Below, in pieces: positions 1 through 9,905 of a stretch of 64,000 bases of DNA. Below the pieces are notes generated by a model. That model was given only the letters and a program-made list of their open reading frames with translations, was not told the origin of the DNA and ran no database searches. The stretch's first letter is position 1. Each line of letters begins with the position of its first letter. The DNA is from a candidate division Zixibacteria bacterium RBG_16_53_22 (GTDB lineage: Bacteria > Zixibacteria > MSB-5A5 > UBA10806). The DNA lies in NCBI GenBank assembly GCA_001775395.1, contig MEWP01000069.1, positions 16,114 through 80,113 of the forward strand. Direction: 5' to 3'. A program made the translations under genes and the position numbers.

Positions 1-43
1 ATTAGGTGAGGACAGTAACATATTATTTAGATATGGAGAAATC

Positions 44-352
44 ATGGAAAAGAGACGCGATCTTGAAGCCAAAGACAGAAAATGGCATCAGAAAATGATT
101 GAAATCAAAGTCAGGTTTTGGACTAATGATTTAGGCGATGAACCCGAGAAAGTGAGACCAAAGCATGCCTGGACGAGCGGTGTGGTCCGTGTCAGAAGAA
201 ACGATACGCATGGTATAATGCCAAAACATCCAATCCCGTTCAATAGCTTGATGGAGTTGCCTGGAATAATAGAAAGGGCACTGATTGACCATAGTATTGT
301 GCTTCATCCAGGCGTAAGAATGAAAAAATACCTGAACATTGATACAAAATAA
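44..352 (+). CDS. hypothetical protein (102 aa)
   Basis: Clean ORF with a GGAG RBS-like sequence upstream; no motif I can assign a function to. Confidence 0.6.
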   Translation: MEKRRDLEAKDRKWHQKMIEIKVRFWTNDLGDEPEKVRPKHAWTSGVVRVRRNDTHGIMPKHPIPFNSLMELPGIIERALIDHSIVLHPGVRMKKYLNIDTK

Positions 353-551
353 AACGCTCGAAGTATTATGCGGCATTGAATCGCCTGGTCCGAAACTTTG
401 TTGCCATAAATAAAGCCGTCAAGTGAGTCCACTGGACGGCACATTAGACTTCCCGCTGGTGATGCCGGCGCCAACGGTGTCACCTGCGCATGACTTTCCT
501 GGTTTCATATCTCAAGGGTTATCGGGGGCCGCTGATTAGGGGGGATTGTGA

Positions 552-593
552 TTCGTAACCGGCAGGTGGACGGTTCAAGCCCGCCCGCTGGCT
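552..593 (+). pseudogene. 3' half of tRNA-Thr(CGT), probable att-site remnant
   Basis: TTCGTAA anticodon loop, GACGG-TTCAAGC-CCGCC T-arm (one mismatch) and CGCTGGCT acceptor 3' strand. No D-arm or 5' acceptor strand upstream, and the 5' anticodon stem (TGTGA) cannot pair with CCGGC. Confidence 0.7.
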
Positions 594-988
594 GTTTGTT
601 TTGGGGCAGCGACTTACGAGGGCTGCCAACCCCTGATTCTGGATGAGTCAAAGGCTCTCTGTGAACAATCATATAATAAGCCTTATCATCCATTTGTCGA
701 GAAAATAATCAGCACATCAAAAGAATATAGCTTTCTGTTCGATATTATTTAGCCATCGTGTGGGCATCTCTTCGCCACAGGTCTGTATTAGCGTCTATAA
801 AGCTTTAGCACGGAATTTCGTACGCGAAGCGATCGATTTGCGACCTGCCGGAATGAGGCCACTGGCATTCCATGGACCTCGCTTTGCCGCCCTGCTCTAC
901 GGCCAGACTAAGGGGAGGATTGCCGCATGAATATAAGGGCGTATTCGCTGCCTACCCCTGTGCTATACACCCCGAAAACCAATCAAGA

Positions 989-1040
989 CCGTCTCTAAAC
1001 ACAAATCCTCCGTCTGCCCAAATTCCTCTGGACCGAAACA
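989..1040 (-). mobile_element. orphan IS3-family left end (copy 1 of 6)
   Basis: TGTTTCGGTCCAGAGGAATTTGGGCAGACGGAGGATTTGTGTTTAGAGACGG aligns without gaps to the 52-mer directly upstream of the IS3 orfA at 16252. Confidence 0.7.
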
Positions 1041-1209
1041 GTCTTAAAATAAGGATTCATTGTTTCCGAATTGTCCGACGACGCACATTGTAGATATATC
1101 ACACAAACCAACGTTGACATCAGCCCTGACCGCGGCAGAGCAAAGCACAACCGACAGCAAAGCCGACGCAATGTGAGTTCTCCTGATCATCTCCAACCCC
1201 CTAATTGGA

Positions 1210-2595
1210 TTATAAATTCAGTCCTATGTGTCTTTTTATGAATTTACCATGGCCAATGTCGCCTATGAATTTGCCTTTTTTGGCGACTAATTTGCCCCGG
1301 CTTATCGTCGTATCCGGATATCCTGTCAGCTTTGCGCCCTCGAATGGCGACCAGTCGCAATTGGTTTGAAGATTCCTATATGATAGAGTGACTTTCCTTT
1401 GTGGATCAAACAAAACAAGGTCGGCATCGGAACCAACTGCGATTGTGCCTTTTTCCGGATACATCCCCATTAGCTTGGCAGGGTTGGTACAAAGTGCCCG
1501 CACAAGCTGATTTTCCGTGATGCGTTTCTTGCCAATCCCGTAAGTATACATCAACGGCAAGAGAGTCTCTACGCCGGGCAATCCGAATGGTATTTTCGTG
1601 AAATCGCCCTGCCACATCGCCTTCTGCTTAGTGGTGAAAGTGCAGGTGTCGGTCGCGACCGTAGAAACATCCCCGTCGGCAATTGCCTGCCATAATCGCT
1701 CCGAGTCGTCTTTCTTTTTTATCTGCGGGCAGGTGGCATAGAGGTGTCCGTTAGGCTTTTTGAAAACGGAATCGTCCAGCAAGAGATACTGCGGGCAGGT
1801 TTCGGCATAGACATTTAGCCCGCGCGCCTTTGCCTTGCTGATGATCTCTGCGCCATCAGCAGTTGACATATGCACTATATAGAGCTTGCCACCAGTCGCC
1901 TCTGCCCATGTCACGGCACGAGAGATAGCCTCGGCCTCGATGTAATTGGGGCGCGACAGGACGTGGCAATAAGCGCCGTATTTCTTCATGTCATTGGGAT
2001 TATGATAGCGGTTGATCAGAAGATCAAGCACCCTTACGGACTCCGCATGAACGCCCACCATGCCGCCAAATGTGGCGGTTTCCTCCAACGCTGCATAGAG
2101 CGCATCATCATCACTGATCATGCCCTCTTTGGCATATATCATGAACATCTTGAAGGTCGTGACCCCGTCGGCGGCAAGCTTCTTCAATTCATTCCTGGTT
2201 CTTTCATTCCAATCGGTTGGCACGGCATGCACAGCATAATCGACAGCGACCTTGCCGTCCGCCTCAGCACGACGAGCTTCGACAGCCTCACGAAGTGTCT
2301 TGCCTTTCTTCTGAATGGCGAAATCAATGACTGTGGTCACCCCGCCGCAGGCCGCCGACTTGGTGCCGTTTTCAAAATCGTCGGCCGACACAGTGCCGCA
2401 AAACGGCAACTGCAAATGCACATGCACATCGATTGCGCCGGGAAATATCATCTTGCCGTGCGCATCGATCGTCATACCGGCATCACCGGGAAGCGTCTGC
2501 GCGATGGCCGTGATTTTGCCCTTCTTTATACCAATGTCGGCCTTGTAGCTTCCCTCGGATGTTATGATTCGTCCGCCCGTGATCTTGAGGTCCAT
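1210..2595 (-). CDS. hydA: dihydropyrimidinase (D-hydantoinase)
   Basis: IDVHVH metal motif, GGVTTVIDF, FKMF carbamylated-Lys region, TDTC and GSDADLV; sits in a pyrimidine degradation operon. Confidence 0.93.
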   Translation of the reverse strand: MDLKITGGRIITSEGSYKADIGIKKGKITAIAQTLPGDAGMTIDAHGKMIFPGAIDVHVHLQLPFCGTVSADDFENGTKSAACGGVTTVIDFAIQKKGKTLREAVEARRAEADGKVAVDYAVHAVPTDWNERTRNELKKLAADGVTTFKMFMIYAKEGMISDDDALYAALEETATFGGMVGVHAESVRVLDLLINRYHNPNDMKKYGAYCHVLSRPNYIEAEAISRAVTWAEATGGKLYIVHMSTADGAEIISKAKARGLNVYAETCPQYLLLDDSVFKKPNGHLYATCPQIKKKDDSERLWQAIADGDVSTVATDTCTFTTKQKAMWQGDFTKIPFGLPGVETLLPLMYTYGIGKKRITENQLVRALCTNPAKLMGMYPEKGTIAVGSDADLVLFDPQRKVTLSYRNLQTNCDWSPFEGAKLTGYPDTTISRGKLVAKKGKFIGDIGHGKFIKRHIGLNL

Positions 2596-2619
2596 AGATC
2601 CTCCTTATATTGATAGTCT

Positions 2620-3846
2620 TTATGCCGCAACTAATTTAGCACAATCCCAAACAGGGCAGACCTGGACACAAAGTGAACAGCCCGTGCATCGGTTTCGATC
2701 AACCTTCGGAATTCTGTCGGGGCCGGCTGTCAGCGCCTGGTAGCCGGCATCACGGCAGGAGATCACACAGCGATCGCATTTTACGCAGGTTGCCTCGTCA
2801 ATCTGTGAAATCATTTTCCTTTCGCGGTCAAGATTGATGTGATCGGTGAGGAATGGAAGAGACTTGCCGATGAACTCCTCTATCCGAGTAAAACCATGAT
2901 CTTCCATGAAACCAGCGAACCCATCTTTCAATTCCTCGATTATTCCAAAACCATGAAACATGACAGCGGTGCAGAGTTGAACATTGGTGGCTCCCAAAAG
3001 GATGAACTCCACAGCGTCGCTCCAGGTCTCGATTCCGCCTATGCCGGAGACCTGAACCTGCAGGTCTAACGAAATGCCGGCGACCGCCTTCAAGGCGATT
3101 GGTTTTATCGCTGGGCCGGAGTATCCGCCATGAGTGCTTTTCCCGAAAACGTTGGGAAGAGGGGCCAATGTCTCCAGATCAACTCCTGCTATTACTGCCA
3201 CCGTGTTAATAGCTGAGATTGCATCAGCGCCAGCCTTGACCGCCGCCTTTGCCGGGACACGGATATCGGCGATGTTGGGCGTCATCTTGGCAATCACCGG
3301 AATTGTTGACACGCTTTTCACCCAGTCGGTCACCCTGGCCGTAACCTCGGGGTCCTGGCCAATTGCCATACCCATCCCTTTTTCGGGCATCCCGTGCGGG
3401 CAGGAAAAGTTGAGTTCGAGCATGTCGGCGCCGGCGTTCTGGCACATCCTGACAAGCTCCTGCCAGCCGACGCGATCGTTCCCGCCAGCCATGATACTTG
3501 CCACAAGTAGCTGCCGCGGGAATTGCGTCTTGATGTCGCCGATCTCTTTAAGCCAGATATCTAATGGCCGATCCGTGATAAGCTCGATATTCTCCAGCCC
3601 GTAGAGCTTCTTCGCCTCATCGGAACGGCCGGCGAATGATAACGATGCCAGCCTCGGAGTGACATTCGCCAGCAGGTCGCGGTCATGGGCCAACGTCTTC
3701 GTTACGGCGCCACCCCAGCCGGCCTCAAACGCCTGTTTTATCATTTCCCCTGTGCCTGTTGGCGGAGCTGAAGACAAGATGAATGGATTCGCCATCTCGA
3801 ATCCGCAGAACCTGACCGAGAGATTTGTCTGGGTGGCCATTCTCAT
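2620..3846 (-). CDS. preA: dihydropyrimidine dehydrogenase, FMN/Fe-S subunit PreA
   Basis: NPFILSSAPPT, GWGGAVTKT, LYGLENIELI, ELNFSCPHGM, GGYSGPA; C-terminal CVKCDRCVISC and CTGCSLCVQVC clusters. Confidence 0.92.
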   Translation of the reverse strand: MRMATQTNLSVRFCGFEMANPFILSSAPPTGTGEMIKQAFEAGWGGAVTKTLAHDRDLLANVTPRLASLSFAGRSDEAKKLYGLENIELITDRPLDIWLKEIGDIKTQFPRQLLVASIMAGGNDRVGWQELVRMCQNAGADMLELNFSCPHGMPEKGMGMAIGQDPEVTARVTDWVKSVSTIPVIAKMTPNIADIRVPAKAAVKAGADAISAINTVAVIAGVDLETLAPLPNVFGKSTHGGYSGPAIKPIALKAVAGISLDLQVQVSGIGGIETWSDAVEFILLGATNVQLCTAVMFHGFGIIEELKDGFAGFMEDHGFTRIEEFIGKSLPFLTDHINLDRERKMISQIDEATCVKCDRCVISCRDAGYQALTAGPDRIPKVDRNRCTGCSLCVQVCPVWDCAKLVAA

Positions 3847-3858
3847 AACAATGCTCCT

Positions 3859-5166
3859 TTATCGGGATTGCCTGTTTTCCGTGATGAATTTGTCGATTCC
3901 AAGCGCGGCGCATCTGCCATCCGCTACCGCTTGTACGGCCGTCGCACCACCATTGATAGCATCGCCGCCGGCAAAAACGCCCGGCATTGAAGTCGCGCCC
4001 GTTTCCTTATCGACAATGATCAAACCACGTGAATCGGTGGCTATTCCGCAGTTTCCTTCGAATGTTGCCTCCTGGCCTATGGCGAGAAGAATGTTGTCGG
4101 CTTCATAATCCTCTCCTGAAGAATCGATCATGATTGGCGCCGGTCGCCCAGTATCGTCAGGAGAACCAGGCATGGTCTTGGCAAATGTCACAACAAGCCT
4201 GCCGCCAGTCACAGAGAATCTGAGGGGCATATGGTTGAAATGGAATCTGACCCCGTTCTTTTTCGCCGATTGGATTTCTGATTTGAAAGCCGGCATGTCA
4301 TTTTCACTTCGTCGATAGAAAATCTCAACTTCGCATCCTGCAAGGCGCGCGCTCTGCGCAGCATCGATGGCGGTATTGCCCCCGCCAATAACGATGACAT
4401 TCCTGCCGAGATTGATCATGGGCGGTTTCCCGTGAAGCTCAGCGATTCTTCTATCCTTGAGAAATGATGCCGCCTGATACACGCCATCGATATCTGCCCC
4501 CTCTATGCAAAGAGGGGTTGCGCGATACGCGCCGATTCCAATGAAAATAGCGTCATATTTTTCCGAGAATTCTGCTAATTTTCCGATTTTCGAGCCCGTT
4601 ATGATCTTCGCGCCCATAGCCTTCACGTATTCGATTTCATCTTTGACCATTTCGGGGCTAAGGCGATACGATGGGATGCCATAGGTCAGAATTCCGCCGG
4701 GGAGATCTTCGGCCTCATGAATTTCTACGTCATATCCCAGTCTGCAAAGCTCAAATGCAGCCGAAAGCCCGGCCGGGCCGGAACCGATAATTCCTACCGA
4801 GAAACCGTTTGGTTCTTTGACAGGAAGGAGGCTCATGCCGTGCTGCCTGTCGTATTCCGCCACAAAGCGCTGCAACGCCCCAATCGCGATCGGCTTCTGA
4901 AGCTTCGTTGTGCACCTGAATTCGCAAAGCTCGCCGACCGGGCAGATCAACGCGCATGTTCCGGCGAGAACGTTGGACTCGCGCACGGTCTTGATCGCTC
5001 CCCGGAAGTTTCGTTGTGCGATCTGACGGATGAATTTCACTATATCGTTTGCCGCCGGGCATCCTTGACGGCAGGGGGCGTCAGCGCAAGAAAGACAGCG
5101 CGAAGCCTCTACGACCGCCTCCTGCGCGCTCATCAGGGGAGGAAGATAATTGTCGGCGTTCTTCAT
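3859..5166 (-). CDS. preT: dihydropyrimidine dehydrogenase, FAD/NAD(P)H subunit PreT (GltD-like)
   Basis: EASRCLSCADAPCRQGCP and CALICP Fe-S motifs; IGSGPAG and IGGGNTA Rossmann motifs; adjacent to preA. Confidence 0.88.
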   Translation of the reverse strand: MKNADNYLPPLMSAQEAVVEASRCLSCADAPCRQGCPAANDIVKFIRQIAQRNFRGAIKTVRESNVLAGTCALICPVGELCEFRCTTKLQKPIAIGALQRFVAEYDRQHGMSLLPVKEPNGFSVGIIGSGPAGLSAAFELCRLGYDVEIHEAEDLPGGILTYGIPSYRLSPEMVKDEIEYVKAMGAKIITGSKIGKLAEFSEKYDAIFIGIGAYRATPLCIEGADIDGVYQAASFLKDRRIAELHGKPPMINLGRNVIVIGGGNTAIDAAQSARLAGCEVEIFYRRSENDMPAFKSEIQSAKKNGVRFHFNHMPLRFSVTGGRLVVTFAKTMPGSPDDTGRPAPIMIDSSGEDYEADNILLAIGQEATFEGNCGIATDSRGLIIVDKETGATSMPGVFAGGDAINGGATAVQAVADGRCAALGIDKFITENRQSR

Positions 5167-5178
5167 CTGCGCTGGTTC

Positions 5179-6462
5179 TCAAAATACTTTTTTGAACGCC
5201 TGCTCCAAAATCGCAAGGGCTCTATCGATGTCGTCGTTTTCGATGCTAAGCGGTGGCGCTATCCTGATGACATTTCCATAGAGCCCGCCCTTGCCGATCA
5301 AGAGCCCCGCCTCTTTGGTCAGCTCGAAAATCTTCACGACTGTCTCGGAATCTGGCACTTTTTTGTCACCGATGATTTCAAGAGCAATCATCAGCCCCAT
5401 GCCGCGGACCTCCCCAATGAAGGGATATTTCTTCTGCATCCGCTTGAGTCTGTCCATGAAATAGCTTCCGGCCTCGGCGGCGTGAGCCGGAAGGTTCTCT
5501 TTCTCGACAACCTCGATCGTGGCCAGTGCCGCAGTGCAGGAAACAGGATTTCCTCCGAATGTCGAAATAGAAAAACCAGTCAATGATGATGCAACTTCAG
5601 ATGTCGTGATCGTCCCACCAATTGGGAAACCGTTGCCCATTCCCTTGGCGAATGTCATTATTTCGGGCTCGACATTCCAGTGCTCGATGCCGAACATCTT
5701 GCCGCCTGTTCGTCCAAAGCCCGTCTGCACCTCATCGCAAATGAAAACCCCGCCATATTTCCTGATGATACCCACCGCAACTTCAAAATACTCTTTCGGA
5801 GGGGTGACAAAGCCGCCGACGCCTTGTATCGGCTCAGCCAGGAAGGCGGCGACCCTGCCCGATGTCGTCGTCTGAATCAGCTCCTCCAGATCACGCGCGC
5901 AGGCTAAGTCGCATGATGGATACTCCAAATGGAATGCGCATCGATAGCAGTAGGGCGAATGCGCGTGCTTGATCCCGGCAACGGTGCTTCCAGCCTGACG
6001 CCACTTGCTGTGTGCCGTGAGATTGAGCGCCAGATTGGAGCGGCCGCTGTAGGCATGGCGCAGAGCGATCACCTCATCACAGCCGGTATGTTTCCGCGCC
6101 AGTAAGACTGCCGTCTCATCGGCCTCAGTTCCCGAATTAGTAAAGAAGCTTTGTTTGAGCTTTCCTGGAGTGATCACTGCCAGTTTCTCCGCCAGCTGCA
6201 CCTGCGGAATCGTCTGATACAGGGTTGACGTATGTTGGAGTCTGCCTATCTGCTCGATGACTCTGCCATTGACATGTGGATGTGAATGGCCGAGCATGGT
6301 TGTCAGAATTCCTCCAAAAAAATCGAGATACTCTTTGCCGTCGTTGTCATAAACGTGCTGGCCCCTGCCTTCCGTCAGCACCAACGGCTCAGCGTAATAA
6401 TTCTGCACACACGGCATCAAGAATTCTTTGTTCTTTTTTCTGATCTCTGTAGAATCCATCAA
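5179..6462 (-). CDS. class III PLP aminotransferase, probable beta-alanine aminotransferase
   Basis: NSGTEA, AEPIQGVGG, DEVQTGFGRTG, FAKGMGNG (PLP Lys), STFGGNP; lies between beta-ureidopropionase and preT. Confidence 0.85.
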   Translation of the reverse strand: MMDSTEIRKKNKEFLMPCVQNYYAEPLVLTEGRGQHVYDNDGKEYLDFFGGILTTMLGHSHPHVNGRVIEQIGRLQHTSTLYQTIPQVQLAEKLAVITPGKLKQSFFTNSGTEADETAVLLARKHTGCDEVIALRHAYSGRSNLALNLTAHSKWRQAGSTVAGIKHAHSPYCYRCAFHLEYPSCDLACARDLEELIQTTTSGRVAAFLAEPIQGVGGFVTPPKEYFEVAVGIIRKYGGVFICDEVQTGFGRTGGKMFGIEHWNVEPEIMTFAKGMGNGFPIGGTITTSEVASSLTGFSISTFGGNPVSCTAALATIEVVEKENLPAHAAEAGSYFMDRLKRMQKKYPFIGEVRGMGLMIALEIIGDKKVPDSETVVKIFELTKEAGLLIGKGGLYGNVIRIAPPLSIENDDIDRALAILEQAFKKVF

Positions 6463-6477
6463 TCATCACTCCATTAG

Positions 6478-7356
6478 TTATGGCAATAGCCGCTCTATGT
6501 CGCCATACGTTTCCGGCCTGCGGTCGCGGTAGAATTGCCAGACATTTCGGACCTCAAGTATCATGTCGAAATCGATCTCCGCCACAACCACTTCATCGAC
6601 ATCGCGTTTTGCTTGCGCCACGATACGTCCACGCGGGTCGCAGAAATAGCTTTTGCCGTAAAACTCGCCGATATTCCACGGCATCTCGCGCCCCACACGA
6701 TTGATCGCGCCCACGAAATAGCCGTTGGCCACAGCGTGGGCCGGCTGCTCTAACTCCCAGAGATATTCTGAGAGGCCTGCCACTGTCGCCGACGGATTAA
6801 ATACAATCTCGGCGCCGTTCATGCCGAGTATGCGCGCCCCCTCGGGAAAATGGCGATCGTAGCAAATGTAGACACCCACTGTTCCGTAGTGAGTCTGGAA
6901 AACCGGATATCCGAGATTCCCAGGCTTGAAATAGAACTTCTCCCAGAACCCTGGATGAACATGTGGAATATGATTCTTCCTGTATTTCCCCAGGAATTTG
7001 CCGTCGGCGTCGATCACGGCTGCTGTGTTATAATACACTCCAGCCATGACATTCTCGTAGATTGGCACGACCATCACGATACCGTGTTTTCGGGCGAGCT
7101 CTTGCATGAGCTTTGTTGTTGGCCCTTCGGGGATTTTTTCAGTCAATTCGTACCATTTCGGATTTTGCTCGGCGGGGAAATAGGGACCGTAAAAAAGCTC
7201 CTGCAGGCATAGAATCCTGACACCTTTTGCCGCCGCCTGCTCGATCAGGCTCAGATGTTTTTCAATCGCATCAGATTTTATCTTCTCCGGCAGGTCGTCG
7301 GTGGTGAACAGAGGATTTGACGCCTGGATCAGGCCGCACGTGATCTTTCTTGCCAT
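6478..7356 (-). CDS. pydC: beta-ureidopropionase (nitrilase superfamily)
   Basis: E-K-C triad in CLQELF, YRKNHIP and ICYDRHFPEG; WEKFYFKPGN is typical of N-carbamoyl-beta-alanine amidohydrolases. Confidence 0.88.
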   Translation of the reverse strand: MARKITCGLIQASNPLFTTDDLPEKIKSDAIEKHLSLIEQAAAKGVRILCLQELFYGPYFPAEQNPKWYELTEKIPEGPTTKLMQELARKHGIVMVVPIYENVMAGVYYNTAAVIDADGKFLGKYRKNHIPHVHPGFWEKFYFKPGNLGYPVFQTHYGTVGVYICYDRHFPEGARILGMNGAEIVFNPSATVAGLSEYLWELEQPAHAVANGYFVGAINRVGREMPWNIGEFYGKSYFCDPRGRIVAQAKRDVDEVVVAEIDFDMILEVRNVWQFYRDRRPETYGDIERLLP

Positions 7357-7377
7357 AACAGGTCTCCCTCGAAATTG

Positions 7378-8838
7378 TCAAAACCAACGGGAAATTATGA
7401 TTCTCTTGTCTGTGTAGAATTCGATGCCGTCGCGGCCGTACGCCTTCAAGTCGCCAAAGAACGACCGTTTGGCACCGCCAAACATGAAAAATGCCATCGG
7501 CGCCGGCACCCCGATGTTGACGCCGATCATTGAAATGCCAGCCTCATACTTGAATTTGCGGACAGCCTTACCGCTTTGTGTGAAAATAGATGTGGCATTG
7601 CCATATTCGCCTTGTTGAATGACCCTCAGCGCTTCATCGATATCATTGACTTTCATCAAACAGGCGACCGGGCCAAAGATCTCTTCGCGGGAAATTGTCA
7701 TCTCCGGTGTGACGTTGTCGAAAACGGAAGGCCCAAGGAAAAACCCCCTGAGATTTCCTGCAACTTGAGGCTTACGGCCGTCGAGAACCAACGCTGCCCC
7801 GTCTTTGATACCCTGTTCGATATATGATATCACCCGCTCTTTGTGTTTCTGAGAAATGACCGGGCCCAATGTCACTGATTCACTAAGGCCATTGCCAATC
7901 TTAAGCTTCTTGGCTGCCTCAACCAGCTTTCTTTTCAGCGGTTCATGAATATCTCCTACAGTCAAGACGATGCTTGCCGCCAGGCACCGCTCGCCGGCGC
8001 ATCCATAAATCGAATCGATGAGGTTGGCGACCGACTTGTCCAGATCGCAATCGGGCATGACCACCACGAAATTCTTGGCGCCGCCCAATGCTTGCACACG
8101 TTTGCCTTTAGCTGATGCCTCGCGATATACCGATTCCGCAATCTTGGAAGAGCCAACAAATGATATACCGACGACGTCAGGATTGGCAATTAGCGCCCTC
8201 GCCGCGTCGCCTGCTCCGTTGATTAGATTGATGACGCCTGGTGGGAAACCAACCTCGTCAACCAGCTCGAAGATCTTCTTCTGAGACATCGGTGTTTGTT
8301 CCGATGGCTTTACAACAAAAGTGTTGCCGCAGGCCACAGCCAACGGGAAAAACCATAACGGCACCATGGCTGGGAAATTGAAAGGCGTAATGCAGGAAAA
8401 TACCCCCAGGGGTTGTCGGACGACTTCGCAATCAACACCCGAGGCGACATCCTCAAGATTGGCCCCTTGCATTAAGCTTGGCACACCGCAAGCGACCTCG
8501 ACATTCTCGATCCCCCGACGTACCGAACCGCGCGCCTCAGCGATCGTCTTGCCGTTTTCGCTGGTCAGGATTTGAGAAATCTCCTCGAAATCCCGTTCCA
8601 GCAGCTCCCTGAGCTTGAAGAAATACCTGGCCCGAACAATAGGTGGCGTCTGCCGCCACTGCGTGAAGGCTCTTTTTGCTGCCCTGACAGCCTCGTCGAC
8701 TTCGGCTTTAGCTGCAGGCTTGACTATTGCCAGTTGTTCGCGTGTAGCCGGATTAATGACCTCAAGGCACTCTGTTGATATAGATTCGATCCATCTTCCA
8801 TCCACGTAATTTGGCACAACGGGGGAAACAGCTTTCAT
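7378..8838 (-). CDS. mmsA: CoA-acylating (methyl)malonate-semialdehyde dehydrogenase
   Basis: ITPFNFPAMVPLW, KPSEQTP, GGAKN, GERCLA (catalytic Cys), EEIFGP, IGVNIGVPAP. Confidence 0.92.
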   Translation of the reverse strand: MKAVSPVVPNYVDGRWIESISTECLEVINPATREQLAIVKPAAKAEVDEAVRAAKRAFTQWRQTPPIVRARYFFKLRELLERDFEEISQILTSENGKTIAEARGSVRRGIENVEVACGVPSLMQGANLEDVASGVDCEVVRQPLGVFSCITPFNFPAMVPLWFFPLAVACGNTFVVKPSEQTPMSQKKIFELVDEVGFPPGVINLINGAGDAARALIANPDVVGISFVGSSKIAESVYREASAKGKRVQALGGAKNFVVVMPDCDLDKSVANLIDSIYGCAGERCLAASIVLTVGDIHEPLKRKLVEAAKKLKIGNGLSESVTLGPVISQKHKERVISYIEQGIKDGAALVLDGRKPQVAGNLRGFFLGPSVFDNVTPEMTISREEIFGPVACLMKVNDIDEALRVIQQGEYGNATSIFTQSGKAVRKFKYEAGISMIGVNIGVPAPMAFFMFGGAKRSFFGDLKAYGRDGIEFYTDKRIIISRWF

Positions 8839-9048
8839 TGAACCTCCAGGAGGTGAAATTATAGATATGCGCGGACCTCAAATTACATAAAAGCCTCCCA
8901 TAAACCAAATGATTTTTCCCGAGCCTTCCGGCTCTCATCTGGCCTGAGGCATTTTCTCCTGCTCCAATCGTTATTACACAAACTCAGATTGACGCGGCAT
9001 AATTGGCGCATTTAATACCAGATGAAAGTTTCTTTTAGGATATAGGAT

Positions 9049-9100
9049 TGCTTCGGTTCGGATGAATTTGGACAGACGGAAGGTTTGAGGTAAGAGACGG
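9049..9100 (+). mobile_element. orphan IS3-family left end (copy 2, opposite orientation)
   Basis: TGCTTCGGTTCGGATGAATTTGGACAGACGGAAGGTTTGAGGTAAGAGACGG; similarity to the region upstream of orfA continues about 20 nt further. Confidence 0.72.
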
Positions 9101-9202
9101 TTCTGATTTGCTCTTGGGGTGGAATGGAGGATCTTGTGCCCGCGGCAAGCCCACGAGCATTTGTGAGATTACCATAAGGGTCGTAACTCCTTGAAAGACA
9201 AA

Positions 9203-9247
9203 TAGCGGCGCAGGGATTCGAACCCCGGACACGAGGATTATGATTCC
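9203..9247 (-). repeat. tRNA-Met 3' fragment, att core (distal end of island III)
   Basis: Exact 45-bp match to 62697-62741 (anticodon stem through discriminator base). Confidence 0.93.
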
Positions 9248-9536
9248 AAGCCAAAGATCTACAGTAAGTTAAAAGGATATAATAGCATGCGAAATGCGAG
9301 TGGAAAATATTTGCTCCGGAGTCTTAACTTAAAGAAACAACACACTACCAAGGTGATTCAGAACGTGGCCAGAATGCCAAACAAAACGCTTTTGAGCACC
9401 ATGGAAAAGCAGACGAGTGCATTCGTTTCAATTCGCCGCCAAACGCTGGATCGCCCGACAAAAGCCAAAGGCGTGTATCAAATTTGTGCTATGAAGTCAT
9501 GTAAAATACAACCCTCCTCTATAATACCTGACTAAG

Positions 9537-9588
9537 CCGTCTCCTAACTCAAATCTCCTATTTATGCAAATTCATTTGAACCGAAACA
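9537..9588 (-). mobile_element. orphan IS3-family left end (copy 3)
   Basis: TGTTTCGGTTCAAATGAATTTGCATAAATAGGAGATTTGAGTTAGGAGACGG; gapless alignment with the other copies. Confidence 0.65.
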
Positions 9589-9905
9589 GTGCCAGGCGTG
9601 TTACGGATTCGCACCGGATCTTCCATAGTTTTTGACTGGCATTGGGCGACCCTTGTTGCAACCCGGTTGCGGAACTCGTCTCGTAGCTCCCGCCATGAAT
9701 AATCATTATTATTTTAGAATATCGTTAGCCGGTCGGAAATTCTTATAATTAGCTCTGTAGCTCAAAAAAATAATTAGTGCTGGGAAAAGACCGATCGGAG
9801 CGGCCCGATGAATCGGCATAGCCCTGGAGGGAATAAATTTATAGATCGGGATTGCCAGCGAATATACAATCCAAAAAACGACGAATAGAGAAATGTAACG
9901 GAATC

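Noticed and set aside
520-593. Intact tRNA-Thr(CGT)
   Set aside because: No D-arm or 5' acceptor strand, and the anticodon stem cannot pair.
989-1040. 52-bp dispersed motif read as an integron attC site or a Tn7/Tn5053 end
   Set aside because: No internal dyad symmetry or RYYYAAC/GTTRRRY boxes, and no clear regularly spaced TnsB-site repeats. One copy is directly linked to an IS3 orfA.
1870-2613. Long antisense or alternate-frame ORFs (e.g. 1870-2613, 4717-5586, 24953-25672, 46412-47143, 58018-58515)
   Set aside because: Shadows of well-supported genes in another frame or on the other strand; no independent motifs.
9620-9700. Minus-strand WRELRDEFRN, reminiscent of the C-terminal tail of some recombinases
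   Set aside because: Only about 10 residues with no supporting upstream frame; too short to call.
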